Positions 21,401 to 33,444 of a DNA stretch of 64,000 nucleotides are shown here, piece by piece. The DNA is from Eledone cirrhosa (Eukaryota): positions 42,904,001 through 42,968,000 of the forward strand of contig OZ024741.1 in the NCBI GenBank assembly GCA_964016885.1. The letters run 5' to 3'. The notes below the pieces were generated by a model, which saw nothing but the letters and a program-made list of their open reading frames with translations, did not search any database and was not told where the DNA came from. Position 1 is the first letter of the stretch; every line of letters starts with the position of its first letter. A program made the translations under genes and the position numbers.

Positions 21401-24136
21401 AGCCTACAGAGACCGGATTAGCGTATCAGTTAAGCGGGCGTTGACGGGACCGGTCGTCAACAACCGGTGGTGGTTCGCCCTGAAAAGGGCAATTAAAGTA
21501 GAGTCGATTAGGTTTAGCAAACGAGTAGAGATAGAGGAAAATAGAGTAGAGGGAGAGCTAGTCAGAAAGCTAGAGGCGGTGTTTGTGACAGGCATCGCAA
21601 CCGACGTACTTGCGGCGAGATTGGCACTCGACCAATTCTTCAACGCAAAACACGAATGCTGCGTTGTCAGAGCTAGAGCGCTTGCTCTGAAACACGAGGG
21701 GACAAAAGCCGTCCAATGGGCCCGGGTGCCAGTGGCGCGACGTGGCAACAAAGCCACAATTCGATCTTTGTCTGACCAAAACGGGTGCGAGATGCTCGAA
21801 CCCGAACGGATGTGTGAAGCTTTTCAGTAGCACTTTGCTGAACCGATCGGGAGCAGCGGCGGCCCGGATTGGGGCATGGATTTCAGTGCATACCTGGACG
21901 TACTGCCTCAGCTCTCGACGACCGCAGCACATTGTTGCAAAAAGCCAATAACAGCCGGTGAAATACGGGAAGCGTTGGCTAACTGCACATGGGGTAAATC
22001 GCTAGGTTTGGATGGTCTGCCCTACGAGCTTTATGCATTTATGCCAGACTTATTCGGTGACCTCTTTGCAGACGTCTACTGCAACTGGCAGCAGAACGGG
22101 AGCATTCCCAGTTTTGTGAGCCGGGGAGCAGTGGCGCTGCTGAGAAAAGACCCGAACAAGGGGGATGTTATCGATAATTTCAGGCCCATAACCCTGCTAA
22201 ACGCAGAGTTCAAGATTTTGGCCAAGGTGGTAGCAACGAGTTTGGCGCTTGTCGTCAAGGGTCTGGTGGGAGAGGCGCAGACATGCGCCATTCCTGACAG
22301 ATCCATACACGACAACCTCCACCTCATGCGATAAATCATAGACAGGTTGTTTAAGGAACCTGGCACGGGTGCGGCCTTGATCAAGTTGGATCAATCCAAA
22401 GCATTCGATTGGGTCGACCATCGGTACTTGGCGGCGGTCCCCGAGGCAGCCGGTTTCGGGCCCGTTTTCAGGGGTTGGATCACAGCAATGTACAGCGACA
22501 TCTACTCAGTTGTGAGGGTGAACGGTCACCTGTCGCAGCCGTTCAGCATCATGCGCTCAGTCCGCCAGGGTTGTCCCCTCTCGACCCTCTTGTACGTATT
22601 GGCTCTCGAGCCGTTACTGCACAAACTGGGTGCGATGAGGGGCGTCCCACGCGAACCAGGATGCGGGAAATCCGAGTCGGCTTACGCTGACGATGTCACC
22701 GTGGTGGTGTCGAGCACCTGACACGTCCAGATGCTCGGCACCGCTCTCAAGGAATACGAAGCGGTGACAGGAGCAAAAATAAACCAGGAAAAGTCGGTGA
22801 GCTTGCAGCTCAGCACCTTGAGAGGCAAGTCCATGCCGTCCGACAGCGTTTTAGGGCGTTGGATGGACGGACCGGTTAAATTGCTCGGGGTCTTGTTCGG
22901 ACCGGAACTCCAGATGGAGAAAAACTGAAACGAGGTGACGAGCAGGGTGGCCACCCTCACCCAGAAATGGGCCGAGAGGAAGCTGTCCCTGAAAGGCCGG
23001 GTGGAGTTGGCGAATTCGTACATCGCATCCGTCATCTGCTACCGCCTCACCGTTGTCCTTTGCTCCAGCCCAACTCTCACCAAAATGGAGCGCCTCCTCT
23101 TCCGCTTTTTGTGGAAGGGACGCGCTCCCATGTTCAGACGATCCATCTGCTGACAACACCCGTTGCGTGGTGGACTGGGAATGCTATGGCTGATGATGCG
23201 CAAACATGCGCTGAGGCTGCGACATCTCTGGTGCTTCCTTGATGGTGAACAGGTGTGGTCGCCGTTCGCCAGGCACGTTTTACCACAGCTCGTGTCCTTG
23301 ACGGAGCTGCAGTCCTGGGTCATAAAACGACCAAGGAATAGCGCTTGGAAACTGGAATTCTCCAGGCGCTCACTGCCCTCTGCCAGCTGGGCACAGTATC
23401 GGTGGAACATCCACCTCGGCGTTCTATGGAGGACTAGTGGAGGGGAAAAGCGACGACATTCTCATTCAGTGCCCGAGCATTGCTGACTTGTGGAGCTATG
23501 TCGAACTGTTCCTGGCGCGTGTGGGACTGATCCGGTTGTCGACTAAGTCAATTGTGCAGAGGGTCTCACCGTCTTCCTTCGAGGAGGAAGGGCACGCAGT
23601 TTTCATCTGCCTGGTGGCCATGGGGAAAGAGATTGTGTGGTGGACAAGGTTAAAAGTGTTAAAGACAGACACTTTCCTCTTCGGCGAATCCCTAATTAAC
23701 TTTTTCAAGTTTCACTTGAAGAAGAAAATCAGGGTGGAGAGGCAAGTGCTGCCTTCTAGCAAGTTTGTTGAAAGGTGGGTGAATGTAGCGAGAATGGTCC
23801 GAGTGAACGGGACCACTCTGAATATACGTCTGTAGTTTGAGAGATGGAAACATTGAGATAGTGCACTTGCCCTGGTGGTCAGGGTGGCAGTGGTCAATTG
23901 TGTGGTTGTCGCCATGAGTAACCCGCGGAGGTTTCCCCCCTATTGGGGAATTTTTCATTGTTTCAATTTTCATTTTTATTGTTTATATATATATATTTCT
24001 ATGTTAATTTTTTTCTTTTTCTTATATAAATAATAAAAATATTTACACGCACAAAACCCACATCGTAACGTCTTGTACCGTCCTGTGCCGTCTGTAATGT
24101 TTTTCTTGATGTCAGCCCTTGTGGCCAATAAAGAAA

Positions 24137-24138
<2 letters not shown>
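18440..24138 (+). mobile_element. Tx1-clade LINE copy T2, full length, decayed
   Basis: ORF1 (18626-20639, Asn-rich N-terminus, frameshifted); ORF2 APE INARGL/SETRI/VGDWN/SYLD/TDHK, RT NFRPITLLN, SVRQGCPLS, AYADD, C-terminal Cys region; ATT repeats on both flanks. Confidence 0.92.
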
Positions 24139-24168
<30 letters not shown>

Positions 24169-24174
24169 GTTATT

Positions 24175-24468
24175 GTTATTCCTTGAATCTCAGTCATTGA
24201 TGTTGGTTAACTGGAAAGTCCGTTGGATTGAATATCAAGCCACTACCTGCAGCCTCAGATATTCAGGACGTATCGGAGGGTTCTTGCTGTTCCAAGCAAG
24301 CATGCCTTTTGAAGCGTTCCAAAAAGCGTGAAGGGGCCGATTTTCTTTAACCATCCCTGGAAACTTTTGGAGATAGTCCCCAGTGCGCCTATGACAATCG
24401 GGATCACTTTGACTTCATGGCAGTTCCAAATCCTTTTCACCTCCCACTTTAGGTCCTGGTATCGGTTA

Positions 24469-24470
<2 letters not shown>
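24175..24470 (-). mobile_element. Dong family A ~300-bp 3' fragment
   Basis: RYQDLKWEVKRIWNC...LRYVLNI* plus 3' UTR, between two (ATT)n tracts. Confidence 0.9.
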
Positions 24471-24513
<43 letters not shown>

Positions 24514-25752
24514 GTTTTTTGAGTCTCAGTCATTCATGTTATTTAACTGGAAAGTTTGTTGAAATGAATATCAAGCCGCTACCTGCAGCCTCAGATATTC
24601 AGGACGTATCGGAGGGTTCATGCTGTTCCCAGCAAGCATGCCTTTTGAAGTGTTCCAAAAAGCGGGCTGGACTAACTTTCTTTAACCATCCATGGAAACT
24701 CTTTGAGATAGTACCTAGTGCGCCTATGACAATCATAGTGCGATTCTGACTTCATGGCAGTTCCAAATCCTTTTTACCTCTCACTTTAAGTCTTGGTATC
24801 GGTTAATTTTCTCCTTCTCCTTTTCTTACACTCTCGTGTCAAATGGGCAGGTTACATCTACAATCAGGCACGATCTTTTTTCCTTGTCCAAAACCACCAT
24901 GTCAAGTCTATTGTGTTCCAGTTTCTTATCCGTCTGTATCCTAGAATCCTATAGTACCTTCACCTGTTCATTTTCTATCACCGACTCTGGCTTATGCTCA
25001 TACCACTTCTCAGAATTAGGTAAATAGTTTACTTTGCATAGGTGAGGGTGGATCACTCTGCCTACCACACCATGTCTCCAGCCTTTATAGTGAGTCTGGG
25101 GTAGGTGTTTACACTCTGATACAATGTGAGCCACAGTCTCTCTCTCTCTCCACAGATCCTACACAGTAGGCTAGCCTCCACCTTGTAAATATGGTGTTTC
25201 ACCCACTTCGTTTTGAGTGCCTGCTCCTGCGCAGCCATTAGCATTCCTTCTGTAGCCTTTTTAAGTTCTCCTCTTTTTAACCAGTTCCATATCTGTGGAT
25301 CTCAAAATTCAGTTTTCTCAAACAAGGTACTATGAAGGGATTTTTCATGAAGGTTGGTCTTCCTCCTTGTTGTTATTTCCTCCTTGGAATTCCCTGGTCT
25401 ATTTTCCTCTCCCTCAGTACAATTCTGAGCATTGGCTTCTTACTATCAGTCACGTATTTGTGTAGGTTGTTTTTCTTCATCTGAACACAGTCCTCTATGC
25501 TGATAAGACCTCTTCCACCTTCAGATCTCCTTAAGTAGAGTTTATCGACATCACTCCTCTTGTGGAACATGTTGTAGATAGTCAATAGCTTCCTAGTTTT
25601 CCTATCCATTTCTTTTTGTTCAGCAACATTCCATCTCAGAATTCCCGCACTGTACCTAATAATAGAGACTGCTCGGGAATTTACTGCACTTATGGATTTC
25701 CTACTGTTCAGATGTGACTTTAAAACGCTCCTTACTCTCTGAATGTATTCAG
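24514..25752 (-). mobile_element. Dong family A 3' fragment, decayed
   Basis: LYLRRSEGGRGL, AAQEQAL, CRIC..AHIVSEC and RLE pieces. Confidence 0.9.
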
Positions 25753-25772
25753 ATCAGATTATTATTATTATT

Positions 25773-25820
25773 ATGTACTGGGTAATTGCTGGCCTTGTGC
25801 CTAAAATAGAAACAATTATT
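25773..25820 (+). mobile_element. SINE tail fragment
   Basis: atgtactgggtaattgctggccttgtgcctaaaatagaaacaattatt between ATT tracts. Confidence 0.75.
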
Positions 25821-25844
25821 GTTATTATTATTATTATTAGTGTT

Positions 25845-28800
25845 GTTATTACTCTTTGAGTCTCAGTCATTGATGTTAGTTAACTGGAAAGTTTGTTGAA
25901 ATGAATATCAAGCCACTACCTGCAGCCTCAGATATTCAGGACGTATCGGAGGCTTCTTGCTGTTCCCAGCAAGCATGCCTTTTGAAGCATTCCAAAAAGC
26001 GTGAAGGGGCCAACTTTCTTTAACCATCCTTGGAAACTTTTTGAGATAGTCCCTAGTGCGCCTATGACAATCGGGATCACTTTGACTTCACATGGCAGTT
26101 CCAAATCCTTTTTACCTCCCACTTTAAGTCCTGGTATCGGTTAATTTTCTCCCTCTCCTTCTCTTGCACTCTCGTGTTGAATGGGGAGGCAACATCCACA
26201 ATCAGGAACGATCTTTTTTCTTTGTCCAAAACCACCAGGTCAGGTCTATTGTGTTCCAGTTTCTTGTCCGTCTGTATCCGAAAATCCCACAGCACCTTCA
26301 CCTGATCGTTTTCTATCACCGCCTCTGGCTTATGCTCATACCACTTCACAGAATGTGGTAAATTTGTTACTTTGCATAGGTGCCAGTGGCTCACCCTGCC
26401 CATCACATCATGTCTCCACCCCTTATAGTGAGTCTGGGCTAGGTGTTTACACTCGGATACAATGTGAGCCACAGTCTCCTATCTCTCTCCACAGATCCTG
26501 CACAGTGGGCTAGCCTCCTCCTTGTAAATGTGGTGTTTCAACCACTTCGTTTTGAGGGCCTGCTCCTGCACAGCCATTAACATTCCTTCTGTAGCCTTTT
26601 TAAGGTCTTCTCTTTTCAACCAGTTCCATGTCTGTGGATCTCTAAATTCAGTTTTCTCAAAGAAGGTACTATGAAGGGATTTTTCCTGAAGGCTGCTCTT
26701 TCTCCTTGATGTTATTTCCTCCTTGGACATCCCCTGGCCTATTGTCCCCTCCTTCAGTACAGTTCTGAGCATTGGCTCCTTACTATCAGTCACGTATTTG
26801 TGTAGGTTGTTTTTCTCCATCTGAACACAGTCCTCTATGCTGATAAGACCTCTTCCACCTTCAGATCTCATTAAGTAGAGTCTATCGACATCACTCCACT
26901 TGTGGAACATGTTGTAGATAGTCAATAGCTTCCTAGTCTTCCTATCCATTTCTTTTTGTTCAGCAACATTCCATCTCAGAATTCCCGCACTGTACCTAAT
27001 GCCATTCCTACTGTTCAGATGTGACTTTAACACGCTCTTTACTCTCCGAAGGTATTCAGTTCTTATCAAGTCCTTCATTTTTTTGTTCTTGATGTCATCA
27101 GCCTCCAGAACGCCCAAATACTTGTATCCTTCCTCAGAGTCAATTTCCTTTATCATCTCACCTGTTGGTATCTGGATTCCGTTACTTCTGCTCAAATTAC
27201 CCTCCTCATCACAATGACTCCACACTTACTAATACCAAATTGCATACATATATCATTGCTGAAAATACGGACAGTGTCAACAAGCACATCCAACTCCTTC
27301 TCACTCTTCCCGAAGAGCTTAAGATCGTCCATGAAGAGGAGGTGATTGATGGTAAGCCCTCCCTTTCCCAACCTGTATCCTGCTCTCACTTTTCGCAGTA
27401 CACTGGTCAGGGTCATCAGGGCAAGGACAAACAACAGAGGAGACAGACTATCTCCCTGGAAGATACCTCTCTTGATCTTCACGCTTCCCAAGGTTTCTCC
27501 AGTTGATGTTAACTCTGTTTCCCAGGACTTCATACTTTTGCCCAACAACTGTCTGATGTTATCTGCCACCTTGAAGATCTCTAGGCTTTTGGTGATCCAA
27601 GGATGAGGCACCATGTCAAATGCCTTTTTGTAGTCTATCCATCCCATGGCAAGACCAGTGTGTCTCCACTTGCCATTCCTCATTACCATCTTATCAATAA
27701 GTAACTGATCCTTTGTACCACGGGACTTCTTTCGGCATCCTTTCTGTTCGTCCGGTAACAAGTTGTTTGTGTGGAGGTGATGGTAGATTTCCTCAGACAT
27801 AATGCTTGTGAACAGTTTCCACATTACGGACAGACATCTGATAGGTCTATAGTTGGTAACATCATTACCCTTGATTCGGTCTTTCATTATCAGAACTGTG
27901 GTACCTTTTGTCAACCACTCTGGTACCTCACCTGACATCAAGCAGTCATTGAACATGGTTGTCAGTTTCGGGTGGAGGGATGTTATATTTTTAATCCAAT
28001 ACCCCTGCACACCATCTGGGCATGATGATTTCCAGTTGGTTAGTTATTTGGCCTGCCCCTTAAGAGTTTCAACTGTGATACTCAAATCAGTTTGTTGGTG
28101 TGCCTGTTCACTAATCTCCTTTTGTACTGTCTCAATCCACACTGTCTGGTCATTATCTTTAACATCCTTCTCCCATATTCCTCTCCAGAATGTTTTATAT
28201 TGTTCCGCCTCAGGGATCAAGTCGCTGCCTCTTTCTTTCCCTTCAAGCTGTCCAAACAATATCTTCTGGTTGTTGTCAAACATGCGGTTCTGTCTATACT
28301 GACTGACTCTGCTCTCGTATCGCCTAATTTTTGCACATTTTGCTACAATGCGTTGCTTCAGTTCCTCTATGATAATATTTAGCTTTTTCCTCCTAGTTTT
28401 GTACTTTATTTCCAGTCTATTTTTAGTGTCTATGTTTTTTAGTGTCCCATTCAGTAGGGACACAAGCTTTCCAATGTCATTTCTCATTCTCCTGATTTGA
28501 CCACTCAGTCGTTTCTTCCACCAAGGCTCCGATCTTTCTTGTTTGTTGTTTCCTCTCGCTTTTATACCAAGTAATTTCCTCACCGTATTTGCTGTTGCTT
28601 TGATGATATTGTTGCACTGGTGAAGGCTCCTCGCCTCAAGGTATGGGATGACTTTGTTTACCTTAGCTGTTGTTTCTTTTAACTTTTTCCTGTCTACAAA
28701 TCTTAGGTTCATAGGTTTCTCACTATCATTGTTCAATTCATCTACCATTAAGTTTAGGATATCAACCAAATCTTGTCCTAGCCCGTCAGCATTCATCTCC

Positions 28801-30065
28801 TCAATGGCCGTATCTTTGTTCCAGGTATTATTTATTTCAGCATTCAGATCATTGTCTGCTTCGGATGGTTCCTCCGTTCTCTCAACCTCTTCACCTTCAT
28901 TTCCCACTGGCTCGTTTGCCTGGCATACTCCACTCTCCATTTCCAAGCTAATCTCTCTGCTCAGTTCCTCCAGTTCCTGCTCGCTTATCCACCCATTAGT
29001 TCTTATTACCCGAGCCTGCCCGGCCAATATTTGTTCATCTAATTTAAATAGACCAATCTCGTTCCAGATGTTATGCATCCGTTTCCTATAGCCTTTCTCC
29101 TTGGGGTTACCCTTCAGGTAACATTGCATAACAGTTCTATTCAATTCTTCCGTCCAGTTGGTTCTGGTCCCTTTCATTCTTCTTCTTCCTCCGACACCAG
29201 CAATATTTGGTTGACAGCCAAGACCCTGCTGCTGAGCCAGGGAGCACCTGCTGGGTGAGAGTCTGTCACATGACATTCTAGTCTCCACTTCACCGTTATT
29301 CGAACTGTTTAGGTTCGACATTTAAACACTCTTATCGAGGATTGGTGAATGTATGGTTACATAACCACCTGTGATTTCATCACTTCCGGTGATTTCGTCA
29401 CACCCGGTGATTTTTGTGTGGTACTATCACGCTGTAGACTAAAATAAATAAACAAACAAACAAACAGGCAAAAAACCCCCAAAAAGAGAATAAGCATAAG
29501 TTTCATTGTAATGTAATGTTTGAATGTCTGACTTAGTTTTTCCATTCCCTTCTCTGTCCATCTGTTTGTTTTTATTTTCATTTTTATTTTCTTTACGTTT
29601 TTCCTTGTTGCTGTGCTGCTTTGATTTTGATTTTTGGTTTTTTGATTTTTTGACCGGGTCATCAAATCAGTCTATTTATATATTTTGATGCCTTCCTCTT
29701 TTAGTTGGGACACTGCGATGTAGCAGGAGGTAGTGGGAGAGAATAGCGGCGGTAGTGATAATGAGGCAGTGGTGGTGGTGGTGCTGTGCTAGTAGTACTT
29801 AGCAGGAGGTAGTGGGAGAGATAGCGGCGGTAGCGATAATGAGGCAGTGGTGGTGGTGATGTGATCGTAGTACTGTAGTGATGGTGTTGAAGTAGAAATA
29901 GAAGTTGATGTAACTTGACTAGAGTTTTTAGCGTGGTAGTGGTGGTGGTGTTGGTGGTGAAATTATCTTCTCTGTCCACTTAGCCATTTAGCTATTTAGC
30001 TATTTAGACATTTTGCCATTTTCCTCCTTTTCGACTCTAACATTCCTGATACAAAATTAAGTATT
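25845..30065 (-). mobile_element. Dong family A copy A1, apparently full length, frameshifted
   Basis: ORF pieces from 29321 (MSNLN..RTNWTEELN) through RT ([24 protein letters not shown]) to RLE ending at 25928; ~740-bp 5' region. Confidence 0.9.
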
Positions 30066-30082
30066 AATATTGTTTATTAATA

Positions 30083-30615
30083 ATGTCTAGTGATACCGCC
30101 ACCTTCCCCTTTCGTAAGTTAACAAAAGGTAATGGGGAAATAGCGGTGGTAGCAATGAAGGAGTGGTGGCGGCGGTGATGGGATAGTGGTAGCAATGATG
30201 GATGGTGTGGTGGCGGCGGTGACTATAGTGATGGCGTTGTCGTTACTGAGTTTTGTTGAATAGACTGTAGTTTGTTTGATCTATGTATCTATGCGGTTAG
30301 TCGCGTATGTTTAATATATGTGTTGACAAATTTTCTTAATATTGGAATTAAACATTTTGTGAAAATTTGAGACAATAATAATAGTAATTATTATTATTAT
30401 GCTGGGATTGGTGGTGGTGGTGGGGAAATTGCCGTTATCTGGCTGTTGTATTTAGTGTACACAGAGGGGTGATGGGATAGGTGCTGTATCTAGTTTGTGG
30501 AGTTGGTGAAATTGCTGTTATTTGTCTGTTCTATATAGTGTAGACAGAGGAGATTTTCTTCCATTTATAACCATTTTCTTTTTTGAATATAAAATGTATA
30601 ATACAAAATTAAATA
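30083..30615 (-). mobile_element. Solo family B-type 5' region
   Basis: 30083-30542 aligns with 17792-18418 once the SINE is removed. Confidence 0.75.
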
Positions 30616-30787
30616 TTTGAGTGATATAACAGAATATTATGGATCCGAATTTTCTGATAGTTGAGTCTGGAGCTTTATGTATCATTTGTACTAAGAATTG
30701 TTATTTCACGATTGATTTAAATATGTTAAAAATCAAAAACTTACGGGAGCGATTTCATGACCTTCTCTCCACCACGTGCGTCTTCCC

Positions 30788-30855
<68 letters not shown>

Positions 30856-30857
<2 letters not shown>

Positions 30858-33391
30858 AGTTGCATTTATCTTGCTTTATGTTCATACGAGTTATCACCAA
30901 GTCACAACCAGTGACCTCAAGAGACAACAAGGTCCGCCATGTTCAAGAAAGAACATACAAATTCACACATGCATCTTTAGTGTTTAGACTTGTGATGTAC
31001 TTATACTGACAGAATATTCCTTAGTATATGGGCAGTTCCCATTAATACTATCTTTTGTATTTCTCCTATACGCGGGTTTCCTGGGATTTGCGATATGTAA
31101 TCATTAGACCCCTTAGGTATCATTCCCAGAGCGCCTACAACCACTGGTATTGTTTTAGTTCTCAATTTCCACATTTTTCCAATTTCTATCTCCAGGTCCT
31201 TATACTTGCTCAATTTTTCAAATGTTTTTATAGATACATTCTTGTCTATTGGAACAGACATATCAATTAGCAGGCATACCCTCTTTTGAAAGTCTTTCAA
31301 TATTATATCAGGTCTGTTTGCATCTATTTTTCGGTCTGTTTGGATGCTAAAGTTCCACAAGATTGAGATGTGATCTTTTTCAAGTATGGGAGGTGGTTGA
31401 TGCTCCCACCAATTCTTTTGATGGGACAGGTCAAAATGCTTACACATTATCCAATGTATGTATTGTGCAGCTCTGTCATGCCTGTTTAGGTATTCGGTTG
31501 GAGCTATAGGACCGCACATTGAAATTATATGGTCAATGGTCTCTGGTTGTTCGTTGCATACACGGCATAATGGGCTGCACCCATTTTTTATTATGTTGGC
31601 TTGGTAATTTTTTGTTGGCAGACACTGATCTTGTGCCGATATAATCAGTCCTTCAGTCTCCGATTTCAATCCAGAGGATGCCAACCACTGATGGGTTAAA
31701 GTTTTGTCAACATCAGGATTGTTAGCTCGCTCTGGGTATTTTCCATACATAGGCTTTTCTTGCCATTTCTTAGCCAGTTTCTGTAGCAGTTCATTCTTTG
31801 CAGTTACTTTTACCTGCTTTGCTTTTTCTGTGTTTTCCATTTCAGCAGTAAATGGGACTTCTGAAATTTGTAGTCCATTACTGTATCTTTGTGCATCTTT
31901 TGTAATGGAATATGATCTTCTGATGCTTTCGTGTTTCAAAACGAGTTTGATCATCCAATCATGTGATTCCCTTAGATATGTAGATAATCCAATTGTTGCA
32001 GTTTTCAACGCAATGTCTAACTGGATTAACCCACGTCCTCCTTCTTTCCTAGGGAGATATATTCTATCTATATCTGCCTTAGGGTGATGCATTCTGTGCA
32101 TGGTTAAAATTTTCGAATGTTTGTATCGAACCTACGGATCTCTGTCTTTGACCAGTTGATGACATTGTAACTGTAGGTTACTACTGGTATGGCAAGCGTG
32201 TTTATGGCATCGATTCTATTCCTTGCCTTCAATTACGTACTTAAGATTGCTCTTACTCTGCGGTAACATTCCTTCATTATCCTTTCCCTCATTGTCGAGT
32301 GCTTGATTCCGTCTCCTTCACAAACACCTAGATATTTGTAAATTTTTTCTTGATCAAGTTCTCTTATCACGTTCCCCCGATCAAGATTAATGTCTGAACT
32401 CTTCAGCAGCTTTCCTCTGGTGAACGTTGCTTTGGCGCATTTATCTAGTCCAAACTCCATTTTAATGTCATCACTGAACTGCTTCACAGTGGATAATAGC
32501 CCTTGCAATTGTTCATTATTTTTTGCAAATAGTTTCAGGTCATCCATGTGGAACAGGTGATTAATGGTTTTGTCATAGACTTTATATCCATGTTTTGTTT
32601 CATTGAGCATTTTACTTAATGGTATAAGTGCGATGCAGAATAAAAGCGGTGATAAAGAGTCACCCTGAAAAATTCCACATTTAATATTAACTTCTCCAGC
32701 TTCCAGTGATTTTGTTTCACTATTCAAAAGGAGTGTCGTTTTCCATGTCTTCATACTGAATGACAAAAACCTCCTGACAACGGGGGATATTTTGAAAATC
32801 TCTAAACATTTTTCAATCCAACTGTGTGGCAAACTATCAAATGCTTTTTTATAATCTATCCAAGCAATCGAAAGATTTTTGTGTCTATTATGACAATCTT
32901 CCAGTATCATTTTGTTAACCAGAAGCTGATACTTACAGCCATATGAGCCTCGTTTACACCCTTTCTGCTCAATGGGAAATGGATCATTTGTTATCAGGTG
33001 GTCATATGTGTATTCAGTTAGGACTGATGTTAAAATTTGATACATTGTGGTCAAGCAAGTTATCGGTCTGTAATTTTTGGGATTGTTTGTCTCATCATTC
33101 TTCGGAAGCAGGAATGTAATGCCGTTAATTAGCCATGAAGGTATCTTTTCTGGCTCCTTAACTATTTCATTGTAAAGTTGGGCTAACAGCTCATGAGACT
33201 CTGTGAAGGCATTTATCCAAAAGTTTTGTATTTTGTCTTTTCCTGGGGATTTCCATTTGCTGGTTTTTCTTAGAGCCAAGCGCAACTGTTCAGCTGTTAT
33301 ATTTTCCCATGTTTGTTCCTCAAGGTGAGCTGTATCTTTCATTTGTCTGTCTATCCATGGGGCATGTATGCTATGAACCTTTTGTTCGGCC
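30856..33391 (-). mobile_element. Dong family B copy B2, 5'-truncated, few lesions
   Basis: ORFs 32233-33391 (RT) and 31001-32101 (CRVC..DHIISMC, RHD, RPDII, KYKDLE); long (ATT)n on both sides. Confidence 0.93.
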
Positions 33392-33392
33392 C

Positions 33393-33442
<50 letters not shown>

Positions 33443-33444
33443 GT

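Noticed and set aside
10600-23200. In-frame TGA at Trp positions in Tx1 copies as recoding or selenocysteine
   Set aside because: Sister copies have TGG at the same sites and other stops and frameshifts abound; this is ordinary decay.
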